Shown here one piece after another: positions 49,401 to 62,732 of a stretch of DNA of 64,000 nt (within the stretch, counting starts at the first letter, position 1; each line of letters starts with the position of its first letter). Source of the stretch: Vitrella brassicaformis CCMP3155 (taxonomy: Eukaryota; Protista; Chromerida); the NCBI GenBank assembly GCA_001179505.1, contig CDMY01000382.1:1-64000 (forward strand). Reading direction: 5' to 3'. The translations under genes and the position numbers were made by a program. The notes beneath the pieces are model-generated. The model saw only the letters and a program-made list of their open reading frames with translations, had not been told where the DNA came from and made no database searches.

Positions 49401-50958
49401 AGAAAAGGCAAACAAACGGACCACCAACCCAATGACCATTTTCAGGTTCGTGATTTGTTGCGTGCTTTTGGGATCCCGTGGGTGGATGCCCCCGCCGAGG
49501 CCGAGGCACAGGCGGCCGTCCTCAACGAGCTCGACCTGGTCGACGCAGTGGTCTCCGATGACTCAGACGCTCTCGCGTTCGGAGCCAAGAAGGTATGGGC
49601 ACACACACATGCATGCCTGCCTGCTCATCCCCGTGTGCGTGTCGTTTCTTCCACCCGTCCGTCAGGTGTACCGCAATTTCTTCGACAGCCGCAAGACGGT
49701 GGAGATGTACGAGACCGGGCTGATGCAACGGCGGCTGGGCTGCGGCAAGGAGGAGCTCATCCTACTGGCCATCCTTCTGGGGTGCGACTACACACTCGGC
49801 GTGCGGGGCATCGGTATTGTCAACGCGCTCGAGGCCATCAAGGCCTTCAAGTCGTTTGAGGGGCTCAGGAAGCTCCACGGATGGGCCGCTGACATCGCCA
49901 GGCTCACGTAAGTTGAGGGAGGGAGAGAGGATGGAGGACGGAAGGGAGGGAGAGCCGTTCACTCACCGTCTTCTGTTCTCCTCTTTCTTTGTGTGTGGTG
50001 TGTCAGTTCTACCGGTGTGGACCCCGATGACGACGAACCGATGCGCTACTACAAAATCAACCACAAGAAGTACAGAAACCACTGGTGAGTGAGTGAGCAA
50101 CGGACGCATCTGCCCCTCCATCCATCCATCCATTTGCCTCTCTCTCTCTCTCTCTCCCTCTCTCTCAGGAGCTTCCCTGCTGACTTTCCGAGCGAGGCCG
50201 TGTGGGATGCCTTCGAGACGCCCCAGGTGGACCGCAGCGCCGAGCCCTTCAGCTGGTCCCCACCCCACGTCGACTCGATCATCCAGCTCCTCACCACACA
50301 CGCCGGCATGGGCGCCGACGACATCCAGCAGCAGCTCGACCCGGTGATGTACTCGCTCAACCAGCCGAGGGTGCAGACGACCCTGCAGCGGTACGGCTTC
50401 ACGGTGCAGGTGGGCGACAGCTCGGCCTACCTCCGCCACGCCAATGTGGGCGGTGGGGACGACACCGTGGCCGTCATCCGGTCCAAGCGGATGGGCAAGG
50501 CCGTGCAGACGCTGCGGGACCAGCAGAGGATCAAGAAGAACAAACGGGACAGGCAGAAGAAAAAGAAGGAAGGTGGCACCATCCAAGAGGCCTTTAACAA
50601 GGTAGGTAGGTACATACCTACCGACAGACACCTAGCAGAAGAAAAGATCTAAGTGTTCGTCTATCGGTTCATTGCCACCTGTATCGCATCCATGGTGGGC
50701 TGCCTGACTGATGCGTTCTTTCAGGCGTCATCTTCGAGTGCTGCTGCTGCTGCCGCGGCTGCTACGCCAGCACAGGACGAGGAAGGGGCGACCAGTGCTG
50801 CAGCAGCAGCAGCAGCTGCTGCAAGTGGTGGTGGTAGTGGTGCCGACGACGCAAAGAGGGAGGCCGATGCGGTGGAGTTGCAGCGTGAGCTAGAGATGCT
50901 GGGGATATCTCCCGAGGAGCAGATGGAGATCATACGGACACAGCAGGGGCTCTCGTGA
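45523..50958 (+). CDS. XPG: XPG/ERCC5/Rad2 nucleotide-excision-repair endonuclease
   Basis: XPG-N: MGIKGLW...LAIDASIW...[10 protein letters not shown]...[11 protein letters not shown]-like [18 protein letters not shown]. Long acidic spacer. XPG-I: [21 protein letters not shown]...[39 protein letters not shown] (H3TH). PIP-like QTTLQRYGF. Confidence 0.95.
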
Positions 50959-51297
50959 CACAGACAGACAGACGGACAGCCATACATCGAGACCAGATGC
51001 ATTCCGTCATTGTGGTGTACGTGTACATCCGTCGTATGACTGACTGACTGACTGACAGGCGACCATTGACTGACCGCGTGGGCGGACTGCTTCACTCATT
51101 CATCCCTCCATGAGTCATCCATCGTCACGAGTCTCAGTTGCTCTTCGAGCGCTACTCACGTCCGTCATGCACAACGCACTGCCAGCCAGACATACGCATA
51201 TATATGCATGCACCCAAACACATGACTTCAACACAGCTGATGGATGACTCATGAAGCAGAAGCCAAGCACCAAACAACCTCATCTCGCTCGCTGTCT

Positions 51298-51621
51298 TCA
51301 CTCGTCGTCGTCGTCCTCGCCCAGCGGCCGTGTGCTCCACTGCGTCCTCACAAGGGGCGGTTTCTGCTTCTTCATCGACTCATGGAAGCACTTCTCATAG
51401 TCGGCCCTCTGCTGCTGACACCGCTGCATTGCCTCCAGACCAGTGGACGTCTGCCCCGGCTGCGTGTGCTCCTCGAGGCACGCGAAGAACGCCTTGGACA
51501 CCTCTTCGCACCCCTTGCGCACGATGGGGAAGAACGGCGGCATGTGAGTCGGGGCGGCAGGCTGAGCGGCCTCCGATGGCTTGGAGGCGGCGGGCGGAGA
51601 GGCACTCGTGGACTCACTCAT
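51298..51621 (-). CDS. Twin Cx9C (CHCH) small mitochondrial intermembrane-space-type protein
   Basis: C-EEVSKAFFA-C ... C-QQQRADYEK-C, two exact Cx9C motifs in a single-exon ORF of about 107 aa. Confidence 0.75.
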   Translation of the reverse strand: MSESTSASPPAASKPSEAAQPAAPTHMPPFFPIVRKGCEEVSKAFFACLEEHTQPGQTSTGLEAMQRCQQQRADYEKCFHESMKKQKPPLVRTQWSTRPLGEDDDDE

Positions 51622-51800
51622 CACTCAATCCAAGTTGACTCACTACACATCACATGAGCACTGAGGCAGATCTATCAACAGAGCAGCACATCAAGGCTAT
51701 CAGAACGACGGAAGAAGTCAGCCGACGCTGTACCCTCCCCTAGGGTTCCATACCCGGACCCTTTTGCGAGCTTAGAAGGGTTTCGAGGGACGCAGGAGCC

Positions 51801-54625
51801 ATGGATGACTTAGGGCTGATTTGTTGGCTGCCCATCTTGCTGGGCTGGGTGATTCATCGGACCTTCTGCTTGCCTTCAGCCACCCACAGAGGCAAGAGCA
51901 GCTCTCCACCCGCGTGGATCTACCTGCCGCAGGGACTCATGCCGACGAGAACTCTGCACATACGACCTCACATAAGCAACGCACGCACAGCGAGATCGTT
52001 AAGCAGTCCCATGAGTACCACCGACGTGCAGCAGCCGACCGAGCGGAGTGAGGAGAAGAGAAAGTTACCGAGCGTCGAGGACCTGAAGCGCCTGCCGCTG
52101 CCCACGCTTCAGCGCATGTGCAATCGGCTGAAGATCCGACCAGTCGGTGAGTGACAGACACATGCTTGATTGCAGGGCACGCCCACTCAGTGACCCGATT
52201 ACATTCTTGTCCCTTTGTTCTCCATGCAGGTTCCCGCGATGAGTTGATCGCACGGCTAGTCAAGTATGGCCTTGCTCGCAAGCAGACACCAGACACCGAC
52301 CGGCAGCCACCAGACAGGGCAGAGGGTGACCCTGCCAGCTCAGCGCCGGCAGCCGAGTCGTCTCCAAGGCGGCAGATCTCCAATGCAGCCCAGATTCTGG
52401 CTCTGCATCGACTCAAGAGGAGGAGAATTGGCGTCGAGCCGGGGGAGCAACAACGAGAAGAAGCACCCACAACCACCACAGACGAGTCGGCGGCCATCGG
52501 TGAGGGCGGATCGATTGCTGAGGAGGCAGAAAAGAGTGAAGGAGACGAGCAGGACCTGCCGACGGACACGGACATTGAAAAGTCGGTCTTCAATCTTCCC
52601 AAGAGTGAGTACTCGAGGCGGAAATGAGAAGTGCCTGTCCTGCCCCGAATGTCCTGCCCCGAATGTCTATCGATGGGTGACTGGGTGTGTGTCTTGTGTT
52701 CCATGCCATGCAGGGGCGGAGACGTTCAGCTCGGTGGATGAGTTCTTCAAGACCAACGAAATGATGGACAATGTACGTCACGTCACGTCACGTCAGGGAG
52801 GGCGGTGCAGTGAGTGGAGTGGAGTGGGTCGGTTTCCTGTCGATCTCATTCATGTCTGTGCGCGATTCTCTCAGGAGATGTCGGGGATTGACGAATGGAT
52901 GGACTCTGTCGAGCAATACGACCCCGAAACCAGCAACTTCAGGTGACCAAGAGACGGACAAACAGATGGCAAGGACCACAAGCGAACCATTCATGCATGG
53001 GTGTGTTGTCTGTCTGCTGGCTGTCAGGTCTGGCTACGTGAGCATCATCGGGACGCCGAATGTGGGCAAGTCGACCTTGATGAACGCCTATCTGCAGGAG
53101 AAGCTGTCGATCGTGAGCCCCAAGCCGCAGACCACCCGCCACCGCATCATGGGCATGCTCACCTCAGAGGAACACGAGGGACAAATCATCTACTCAGACA
53201 CGCCGGGTGGGTGGGTGACCCGGGCAGGGCAATCAATGCACATGAGGGCAGGGCGGTCTGCATATGAGCGGCGCACATGTGATGTGCCTGTCCTGTGTGC
53301 ATGTTTGTCGTCAGGCTTACTGAAGCCGATCTATCGGATGCACGAGGGGATGATGGGGTTCGCCCGCTCGGCCGTCAAGGACGCTGATGTCGTGCTGCTC
53401 GTGACGGACATCTTCCAGTCGCCAGACACATTCCCATCAGAGGTAGGAAGGAAGCCGACACAACGATAAGCAAAGAAGTATACCCCTCTCCCTCGTCCCA
53501 TGTTCGGTTATCTATCTGCGTGTGTGTGGCTTCTTCAGGACATCTTTCAGCGGTTGCAGCACACACACAAGCCCATAGTGGTGGCCATCAACAAGATCGA
53601 CCTCCTGCCCAACACAACCACACACGCGTCTGCACCTCCCCCACCATCACCACCACAAGACGCCTCTCTGCTGCCTGCCCCATCCACCAGCGCGCCTGCA
53701 TCCCCATCTGAGACGCTGGAGCTTCAGCGATACAAGCTGGAGCGGCAGCAACAGCACCCGATGGACCCATGGCCGGCCGGCACGAGAGAGGCGGCCAAGA
53801 GCGTCCCGCCACTCGAACATCAAATCGGTAGGGGGACAGACACAGGCAGATAGCTGGATGCCTTGGTAACGATTTCCTCTTCTGGAGGTGTGTTTCTATC
53901 TATTCGTTCAGCTGCCTGGCGGTCTGTGCTGCCCAACGCAACGATCTTTGGCGTGTCGGCGCTTGAAAGGAAAGGGCTGGAGCCCCTTCTGAAGGTAGGT
54001 GAGCGCTCTTACCGTTCCACGCGCAAGCATCACGATTCCCCGTTGTCTCATCTACCCATGCAGGCGATGATTGGCACCTTGCCAAAGGGTCCTCCCCTGT
54101 ACCCGCCCAACCAAGTGAGCGACCGCAGCGAGCGGTTCTTCGCTGCCGAGGTGATTCGCGAGAAGATCCTGCTGCAGTACCGCAAGGAGGTGCCCTACAG
54201 CTGCGAGGTGGTCGTCAGGTCATTCAAGGAGACCGACCAGCAGATCAACGTCGAGGCCGACATATGTGTCATGGTACCATGACAAGAGATGGGGATTAGC
54301 GATGTCAGGAGAGTCAGTGTGCCTCTGTTGGGTGCATGCGTGTGTTCAGCGTGCCTCCCAGAAGCCGATCATTCTGGGGCACAAGGGCAGTGCCATCAAA
54401 GAGGTGCGTGAAGGACACTCTACAGCACCGGACACGTCTGATCTCCATATTATCGTGTCTCCATGCGTGCAGTTGGGCATTGCGGCTCGCAAGGATCTGT
54501 CCGAGATGTTTGGCAAGCGAGTCTTTCTGCGCCTGACGGTCAAGGAGGCCAAGAACTGGCGGGAAGACGAGGCGCGGCTAAGGGAGTATGGTTACTTCAG
54601 CGATTACGTGCCCACTGCCCTGTGA
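51801..54625 (+). CDS. era: Era-family GTPase with type-II KH domain, N-terminal SAP-like motif and putative bipartite presequence
   Basis: G1 [10 protein letters not shown]2 PQTTR, G3 DTPG, G4 NKID, G5 [28 protein letters not shown]...EVPYS, KH motif [18 protein letters not shown]. Upstream [31 protein letters not shown] is SAP-like. Confidence 0.92.
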
Positions 54626-55811
54626 CGCTAGGCGTGTCAGTCAGTATATTTGTCTCGCTGTGCGTACGTCACTCTATCTCTCTTGTGGTATGCCTGCCAT
54701 ATATATTGACTGACTGCATCTTCCTTCATCCGCCCGTCCGTCACGATCCCCCGCCCTGTCCAGTCCACATGCAAGATCCCACACACACGACACACGAATA
54801 CGTATCACTTCGAACACGATCAGTCACAGACCGTGCCGGCCACCGACGTACGGCCATCAGCACGGATGCAGGCAGGCAGCTGTGAGAATGAATGAATGCA
54901 CCAAGAAAATCGGTCGGCGAGCGGGCGACATTCGCCCTCTGCAAGTGGCTTGCACGATGCAACCACCCGCTCCGCACACACAGGCAGACAATCAGGCAGA
55001 TCGAGACAGACAGACAGACAGACGGACGGACAGCCAGAGAGATGGACACAGAGGTAGACAGACAGGCAAGTGGGCAAAAGAGGGAGAGGAGCACGATTTC
55101 CTCTCGCGGCCACTGATCCATCTTCCAATCACCGAACCATGCACTCACACACACAGACACACACGATGGCTGTACTATGGTCATTGCATGTCTGTGATCG
55201 TCGTGGATCATCCCGTCAAAACTATCAAAATCGCATGCACGGACGCAGGCGGGCGGACGACAGGAGCCCGTCTCCTGCTCTCATATCTCCCCCATCCATG
55301 CTCACGTATGTCTGTATGCACTCACTGCCCCGGGAAAAATGCAACCATCCCTTTCAGCACCACACACGCACACGCACAGCGATCGATATCATTTATGGCC
55401 GCAAAACAGATGAACATACCTTCTCCCTCCCTTCTCCCTGCTTCCCAGCAGCCAGCACAAGGGCCGCAGATGTATGTATGTGTGTGTATGCACTGTTGCG
55501 TGTGTGGATCGACTTCACTCTCAGAGGGAGAGAGACGAGCACGGGTGTGCCGTGCCGTGCCGTGCCGCACAGACGCGCCTTCCCAGGCCGGGCAAAAATT
55601 ACAGCTACTGCATACGTTCCCATACCATCCCACCCCACACCATACGAATCGTCACCAGCCCCCGCCTCTCTCCCCAACAACAGTCTCTACAGCACAGAAC
55701 AGCAAGTACACAAGACGACAGACAGACAGGATATCCCATATCACCACTGCAACAGCCAAGTGCCCTCTCCCCAACTGCGAGCCCCAAAAGAAAAATCGGA
55801 CCTTCTCGGCA

Positions 55812-57542
55812 CTACGAGTCACACGATGCCTCTGCTGACGACCCCTTCTTGTCTCTCATGGCTTTTCGGGCTGCATCGTATCTCATGATGGACATCAGGT
55901 ACACCAGTCCGAGTGCCTCATCAGCCGACCCAATCTCCACAGTGTACCTGGGTCGCTTCGACTCACCGCCATCCACAGTAGCAGCAGCGGCGGTCTGTGC
56001 ACTCGCAGCTGCGCTCGTCGCAGTCGACCGACTCCGCTTCGAGAGGCGTTCGAGAGGCCGGCTGTCGTCTGAGCTATCTGCCGTGGCTCCTTCCTCAGAT
56101 GACCCCCTATCGCCCATCTTGCTGCCTCCCCCACTGGCCAGAGTGACGCTCCGGTCGTCACCGCTCTCCTCCACAGCTATCACCTTCCCCCCCCTCTCTC
56201 CCGGCCGCCCATCGCCCTTCCCTAAGACGTCCTTGTGCAATGCGGGAAAGACCGGCGACTGTGGCCGGTGCACGCCGTCCAAATGTGGGGGATAGGCGTT
56301 GCGGCCAGACGTGTCGATCCGCGGGTGATGACCGTACGTAGCTATCTGTTGTCGCTGGCTGGGGGGATAGTACACCATGTGGCCGTGGGGGAAGGGGTGG
56401 GGGTATGGCGGGCGAGACATCATCACGTGGACGCATGGCGGGCTCGTGGCAGGAGGGCGATACGTGACCGGGTCGAGTGACGTGGCAGAAGTGCTTGGTC
56501 CTCGCGCCACTTCATCCCGGTGTGCCGGCGATGTGGCCGTCGGCGCCAGCATGCTGAACGATCGGTCGGTGAGAGGCGTCGACCCGAGGATGGAGCGCCG
56601 CGCCCGACGCATCAACGAGTTGAAGCGGTTCTTGACCTGATGCTCGGTGCGGCCTGCAGATACCAATGGTCAGTAAGTCGCGCTGATGTGAGGGTGTGTG
56701 CCACCTAGCGACCCACCTGTAAGCAGTTTGGCGATCTCGCTCCACCTGTTGCCTAACTGTGCCTGCTTCTCGAGTATCAAATCGTCCTCATCCGCACTCC
56801 AACCACCCCTGACGGCATAAACAGACATACCCTCCTGCAGTGCCTCATTTGCAAATGTGGAATGACCATTACTTTCTCTTTGTTGGGTCGAGGTGGTTCG
56901 ACCACCGCTCGCGACACTGACGGGCTGCAATCAATAAGCCAATTAACAGACAGGGGATAGATACCGTCTGCGCCTGTTTCAATGAATGTCGCTCCTGTCC
57001 TCACCTGTGCGCACTTCCCTGTCGCCGTGGACCTTCTGATTCAGCAGGCGGCACACAGACGACCACCTGGATGAAGCAACAGTCCACACGAAAGGAGGAT
57101 GACAACCATTTTTGTTGTCCACTCCACTGTGTGTTCTGTCTCACCTGGAGGGTCCGTATGCAGTGACGAGCCGAAACAGTTCCTCATCCTCTTCATCTGT
57201 CCACACGCTCGATGGCGGCCCACCACTCTGAAAGTCAAACGGAAATGGATAGCTGCGTCGAGTGCTGCGTCTTCTGGCGCTTACCGAGTTGCCCGTTCTC
57301 AGCCAGTCATCGGTCTGTGTCTGTGTGATGTCCAGCTCCCTCTCATGGACCACACGCGCGTCGTCATCTGCAAGACGCTCGACAGGAAGCGCCACTCCGC
57401 GGTAGAGGGCAGTGCGGGCGTTGGCCTTGGGATGTTTCTCAGGTTGTGTTTCTCGTGACGATGCAGAGGCGTCCCTCTTGCTTGAGGCGCGCTGCGGCAG
57501 CGGAGCGATGCAGGATGCTCCTAGCTGGCTTTCCATCGCCAT
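55812..57542 (-). CDS. Two-repeat (R2R3-type) MYB transcription factor
   Basis: WTDEEDEELFRLVTAYGPSRWSSVC...RTARQCRERWSNHLDP, then WSADEDDLILEKQAQLGNRWSEIAKLLTGRTEHQVKNRFNS. Splice phases are consistent. Confidence 0.92.
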
Positions 57543-57694
57543 GATCTTGGAATAATCCAGTGCAAACAGGCAGAGGCGTCGCGTGGAAGACAGGCATGCC
57601 GGAGGTCGGCGCCGATTGAAAAGCTCGCCATTTTAAGCTCGCATTTCTCCCCGTTTCTTTTTTCTGTTGATTTCCCAGCCAGAGCATCCGTCAG

Positions 57695-58851
57695 ATGGCG
57701 TCCGCGGCTCACGACTTGTACGGCCCTCCGCGCCGCGGCCGTGCGGAAGGGTGGGATTCGAATGAGGATGACAGCTTCTGGGAACGGAACATCAACACGC
57801 CAGAGGGCGACGACTCATCGCCATACGACATCGACCTCCATTTTGCACTGAGCGTCATCGAAGAAGACGTGAGTGACGCCGGCGGTGACACAGCCAGAAA
57901 CACACGCCGTCTCTTCATCGGATGATGTTCATCCCGTCCCCGTGTGTTCCTTAAGGTGCTTGAGACAATTCGAAAGGAGTTTGTGGCGATGGATAAGGAG
58001 ATGTCTGGCGCAATCGACGTCAAGGACCTTCCCAAGCTGCTCGATGGTCAGTCAGCTGCTCTCCCTGTCAGACGCCCGTCCCCGTGCGATGCGATGTGGT
58101 GCCTGTGTGCAGTGTTGGGTGTGGGCCACCATGGTGCGGATGAGACAGGGGCCATGCACGCGGAAGATGTGTACCACTTCCTCTCATACATCGAACAGGA
58201 CGACGAGGGACGCATCAGTGAGCCCTGACTGTCCGGACACACGGGGGGGAGGGAGACACAGGGAAAGGATGACTCTCTCCCTGGCGCGTGTCTGCATACG
58301 TGTGTGCGTGCGTGTGGGTGTGGGTGTGGGTGTGCAGCGTACGCTGAGTTTGTGGAGGCCTTCAAGAAGATGCGGGAGAGCCAATTGAAGATGGAGAGCG
58401 ACCTAGACACACGTAAGTGCCTTAGTGAGACATAGACAGCCAAGTTCATATCCAATGAGTGTGTCTATGTTGCTGTGTTTTCTGTGTGTATGGTCTGGTA
58501 CGGCAGTCGCTGCGTGGACGGCCCTCGGCGGCCACGAAGACGGCAGTGGGTCGCTAGACACTGGTCCGTGCTTCATGTATTGGATGGATGGAGTGAAAAT
58601 GGGTGTGTGGAGTGTGCGTGTGTCTGTCTGTCTCTCTGTCTGTGTGTGTGTGTGTGCAGCGTTGCTAGTGAAGATGGTTCGCGACGACTTCCAGCTGCCT
58701 GACGAGGTGGTGGGGTTTGTCAAGCGGCTCGACTACAACAACAGAGGACACATCGACTACGATGTGGGTCAGGGGGGTCGGCAAGCGACACATTGTCTGT
58801 GTCTGTCTGTCTATGCAGGGGTTCTGCGAGATTTTCCAGCCTTGTGCGTGA
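57695..58851 (+). CDS. EF-hand calcium-binding protein (about 6 exons)
   Basis: EF loops MDKEMSGAIDVKDL, IEQDDEGRI.Y.EF and LDYNNRGHIDYDGF. Ends FQPCA* (TGA 58849-58851). Confidence 0.75.
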
Positions 58852-60145
58852 GCAATGGAAGGAGTGGGTGAGTATCGATCGGATCGATGTTCCGTATATA
58901 TGTGTGTTGGGTGCGGTGCCTACGGGAAGCGTGTACGTGTGTGTTTGTGTGTAACAGATTGCATCATTGATTGAAATGGATGGAAAAAGGTCAATCGGCG
59001 AGCCACACAGCGTGTCGCTCGCTCACACGTACAAAGAGACAGACAGGTTGGTTATGAGGAAAGGTGGGAGGGAGGGAGGGAGGGAGGGGCGCGCGCAGGA
59101 CCACAGGCACTTCAGTCACTGTCCACACACCGCACACAGCCACAGCCACATCCACTCACTCACGCACACAGGCACAGCATACACACCTCCCGTCCATCAG
59201 TCGATCCATCCGCCGGCTGTGGCTTCCCTGCCTGCCTGCATGGCTGCTCTCCTCCTCGATGCACCGCCGCCCACACACCGACACAACACATTTAAAACAG
59301 AGCACCGCGAATTACACACACAGATCTCGTCTTCTCGCCCTCTGTGTGCAATCGTCCCCGCAGTGGTTCGCACCGCATCAGCGTTTCTCGATTGGCAGAT
59401 GTATGGCTCTCAATCAAGCGCTGCTGATGCTGCTCCTCCACCACCACCACAAGAGCGACAGTCACCGAGGCATCCATGCCATCTCATACACACCACCCAC
59501 ACATACAAGCATCAAACACTACTCCCTGTCTCTCTTTGGCTCGTTCGTCTCGCTGCGCTGCGTAGGTGTGTGTCGTGTCCATCTCAGCTGTCTGCCTATC
59601 GAATCGAGGGTCGCCGGCTCGGCTGCTCCTTCGTTGGCGGTCGTCAGGCTGAGGAAACTGGATTGGTCTCCTCACCCAGCCGATCGCTGACGAAGGCAGG
59701 CACGTTTCCATCCACACGAAGCAGACGCAGAGAAAGTGGGTGCATCACAAGGCAGGAAAAAGAGAGCAAACACTGTCTGGCTCGCTGGCTGTCCACTCAC
59801 TCGCAGCTCACACCTGAGCTACACAGATCTCTGTCCCACGTGATGTGATCGATTGGTTCATCCATCCATCGGCTGGCTACCTAGACACACACCTACAAAA
59901 ACATGACTGACGAACGACAGACAACACTTTCCCCCCTTGTGCACGTAGCGTAGTTGGTTTGGTTTGTGCTCTTAACACGCTGTATCTATGCATGTATGTA
60001 TGTATGTATGTACACACAACACAACAAACACTCGCCCTCAGTTACGCAATCCTCACTCCTCAGCTCGACGCACATCAAACCAATGGATGGCCATATAAGT
60101 AAGTTGGGTGTGTCTGTGTCTGTGTATGTGTGTGTGTGTCTTAAG

Positions 60146-62169
60146 TCACTGTCCCCCGGGCGCGCCCCCCTGTCCTCCCTGGCCTGGCGGCTGCTGCTGC
60201 GGCTGCTCCTCCTCCATGATGTCATTCATGTTCTCAAACAGATAGTTGGCCGCCAACTCCTGCACACACACAGTCATCCAGGATGCACACAGACACACAG
60301 GTGAGGGTGTTTTGGTGGATGGATGGATGGATGGGAGCAGCGATGGGTGTGTGTGGTGACCCACCTCGTTCTTGTCGCAGCTGATGTACGCCTCGGCGGC
60401 AGCATGGCGCGAGAACCCGAGAGCCTCCAACTGACAGATATAAGACCCATGCACTCACATGGAGGAGTGTCGATCAATGGCTCACCCGCTGCACCGCCTG
60501 GTCGTCCTCAGGCGTCAGCTGCACCGTGATCACTTGAGCTGAGCCACACCACACACGAGCACCCAACACAATGACCGACAAGGCAGGCACGCGTCTGGTG
60601 TGTGTGTGAGGTGTCTATCTACGTGGCTGCGGTCCGACGGGCTCCTGGAGTATCCGCACAAACTCCTCAGGATGCTGCTGGATCAACGTCATGAGCTCTG
60701 GGTTCTGCACCGAGATGGACTGCAGGATCTGATTGAGCGACTCGGGCTGACTCTGGGGGACACAATAATACATACAATACATCAGACAACAAGTGGGGGG
60801 ACAGCACCCATCCATCCATCCATCCATGCATCCATCCGATCTGTCTCCTCCTCTGTCAAGTGTGACTCATCATCTCACCTGCACGAGTGCCCGCAGCTGG
60901 TTGAACTGGGGGTAGTTCCGCAACGCAGCCAACGGACCGCCCTGCCATCCATCCATCCATCCATCCATACCAGCACCTATCCGCACTCAGATCTGGTCGT
61001 TGTGTTGTCTCTCACCTGTCCCTCGCCAGGTTGCTGTTGCCCTCCCATGGCCGGCGGCGGCTGCTGTTGCTGCTGCTGCTGCTGCCCCATTGTGGCCGGC
61101 GGCGCCTGCTGCCCCCCGGCACCCGTCATGGCTGCAGCGGGCGGCACGGCCGTCCCAGCAGGGGCAGGGGGAGGAGCCTGCGGCTGTGCACCGCCCGGGA
61201 TCCCCTGCACACCACGCCCATACACACCACACGCACATACAATACACACAGGCCACGGGTGTCTTGTGTTGTGTCGGTTAGTTGCTGGTCGTGTCGTGTC
61301 GTTGTGTCTGTCGGTCATGTGAAGTACCTACCGTCATGAGGTACTCGACGGCTCTGTCAGGGTTGTTGAAGGCGGCGCGCATGGCCAGCTGCACCTGCGC
61401 CCGGTCGAAACCCATGTCAACGATGTTCTGAATCGCCTGCATAACATGACGGAAGGAAACACAACCACATCACAACACAGCACAGCATGCGAGTCCCCCG
61501 GACCTCCCTCCCTCCCTCCCTCGGTCGCACACTCACCGATTCGAGATTTTGTCCAGTGATGAGTGCCGATGCCGCCTGGTCATACGACGTTCCAGCATCA
61601 CCACCCGCACCCTCAGTCGTGCCCGCAGTCTGCTGCTGCTGCTGCTCGGTCGGCTGCTGCGCCGGCTGCTGGGCGCTGGTCTCAGTCGACGGAGCCTGTG
61701 GTGCTGCTGGAGGGGCAGCAGGTGCTGTGGAGGCTGGCGTGGTGCTGTTGGCCGCTGGGGCAGCGGCGGGCGGGGCAGCAGCGCCTGTAGTGCCTGCTGC
61801 GGCAGGCTGGGAGGGGGACTGACCGGCAGGAGCAGGCTTCTGCAACACATAGACACACACATATGGACAGGCCGACATGCATGCTGTCCATCGTGTCGTT
61901 GTGTCCCGTTGCCTGTTTCTGGCCCTCCCTCCCTCCCTACCCACCTTTTGGCACATGATGACGAGTGTGGTGTTTTCCTCGATTTGGTAGTCGCTGATCT
62001 TTTGGTTGTCGGAGAGGATCTTGCCGGAGCAGATGACCTTCATGACGTCGGCCTCCATCTCCGGCCACACGCCCTGTATCTTGTCCTTGAGCGTCCGTAT
62101 GCTGTCCGACGGCTCCACATCCACCTCCTTCGGATCCTTGTCCTTCAGAGACTTCACCTTCAGCTTCAT
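60146..62169 (-). CDS. RAD23: RAD23 (UBL-UBA-XPC-binding-UBA) ubiquitin shuttle / NER factor
   Basis: [12 protein letters not shown]...[13 protein letters not shown]1 [37 protein letters not shown]-binding region ([46 protein letters not shown]). UBA2 [32 protein letters not shown]. Confidence 0.97.
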
Positions 62170-62732
62170 CGCTACCTACCACTCACTGAATGACACGGTG
62201 CTCACGACCTCGCCGACAAACAACAGCACACGTCACGGACCCAGATCAACGCGGGAGCTGAGGTCTGGGCACAACAGCTCGCATTGCTGTCCAAGCTCGC
62301 ACTGGCTGGCCACCTGGGGATGGGCGGTATCTACGTAGTCATGGTGCAGGATGCACGCATGCACGCCGCCTTCAAGCTGCTGCTGGGGTGGCGTGTGTGC
62401 GACGTCGTGTGCCTGCCTGTATGTTGCCGTCGTTCGCGGCACATTGCATGTCCTCCTGTTTGCTGCATCTGCCCTCTGCGTGCTGCGTGTTGCGTGCCCG
62501 GGTTGCATGTTAGGGTGCGTGTTTTCATGTTGGACAGACCGACAGACAGGGGACTTGGCCGCCAGGCCGCCTAGGGTGCTCCCTGAAACCGCTGCTGCTG
62601 TCCAAGCTCGCAAATGTGCCCACCACCACCACCGCCAGAGGGGATTCGCGGCGATGGATGGACAGGAGCATCTACGTGATGTACATTCAGGAGGCGGCTG
62701 CTACTGGATGAGTCTCCCACCATCTACCCCGA

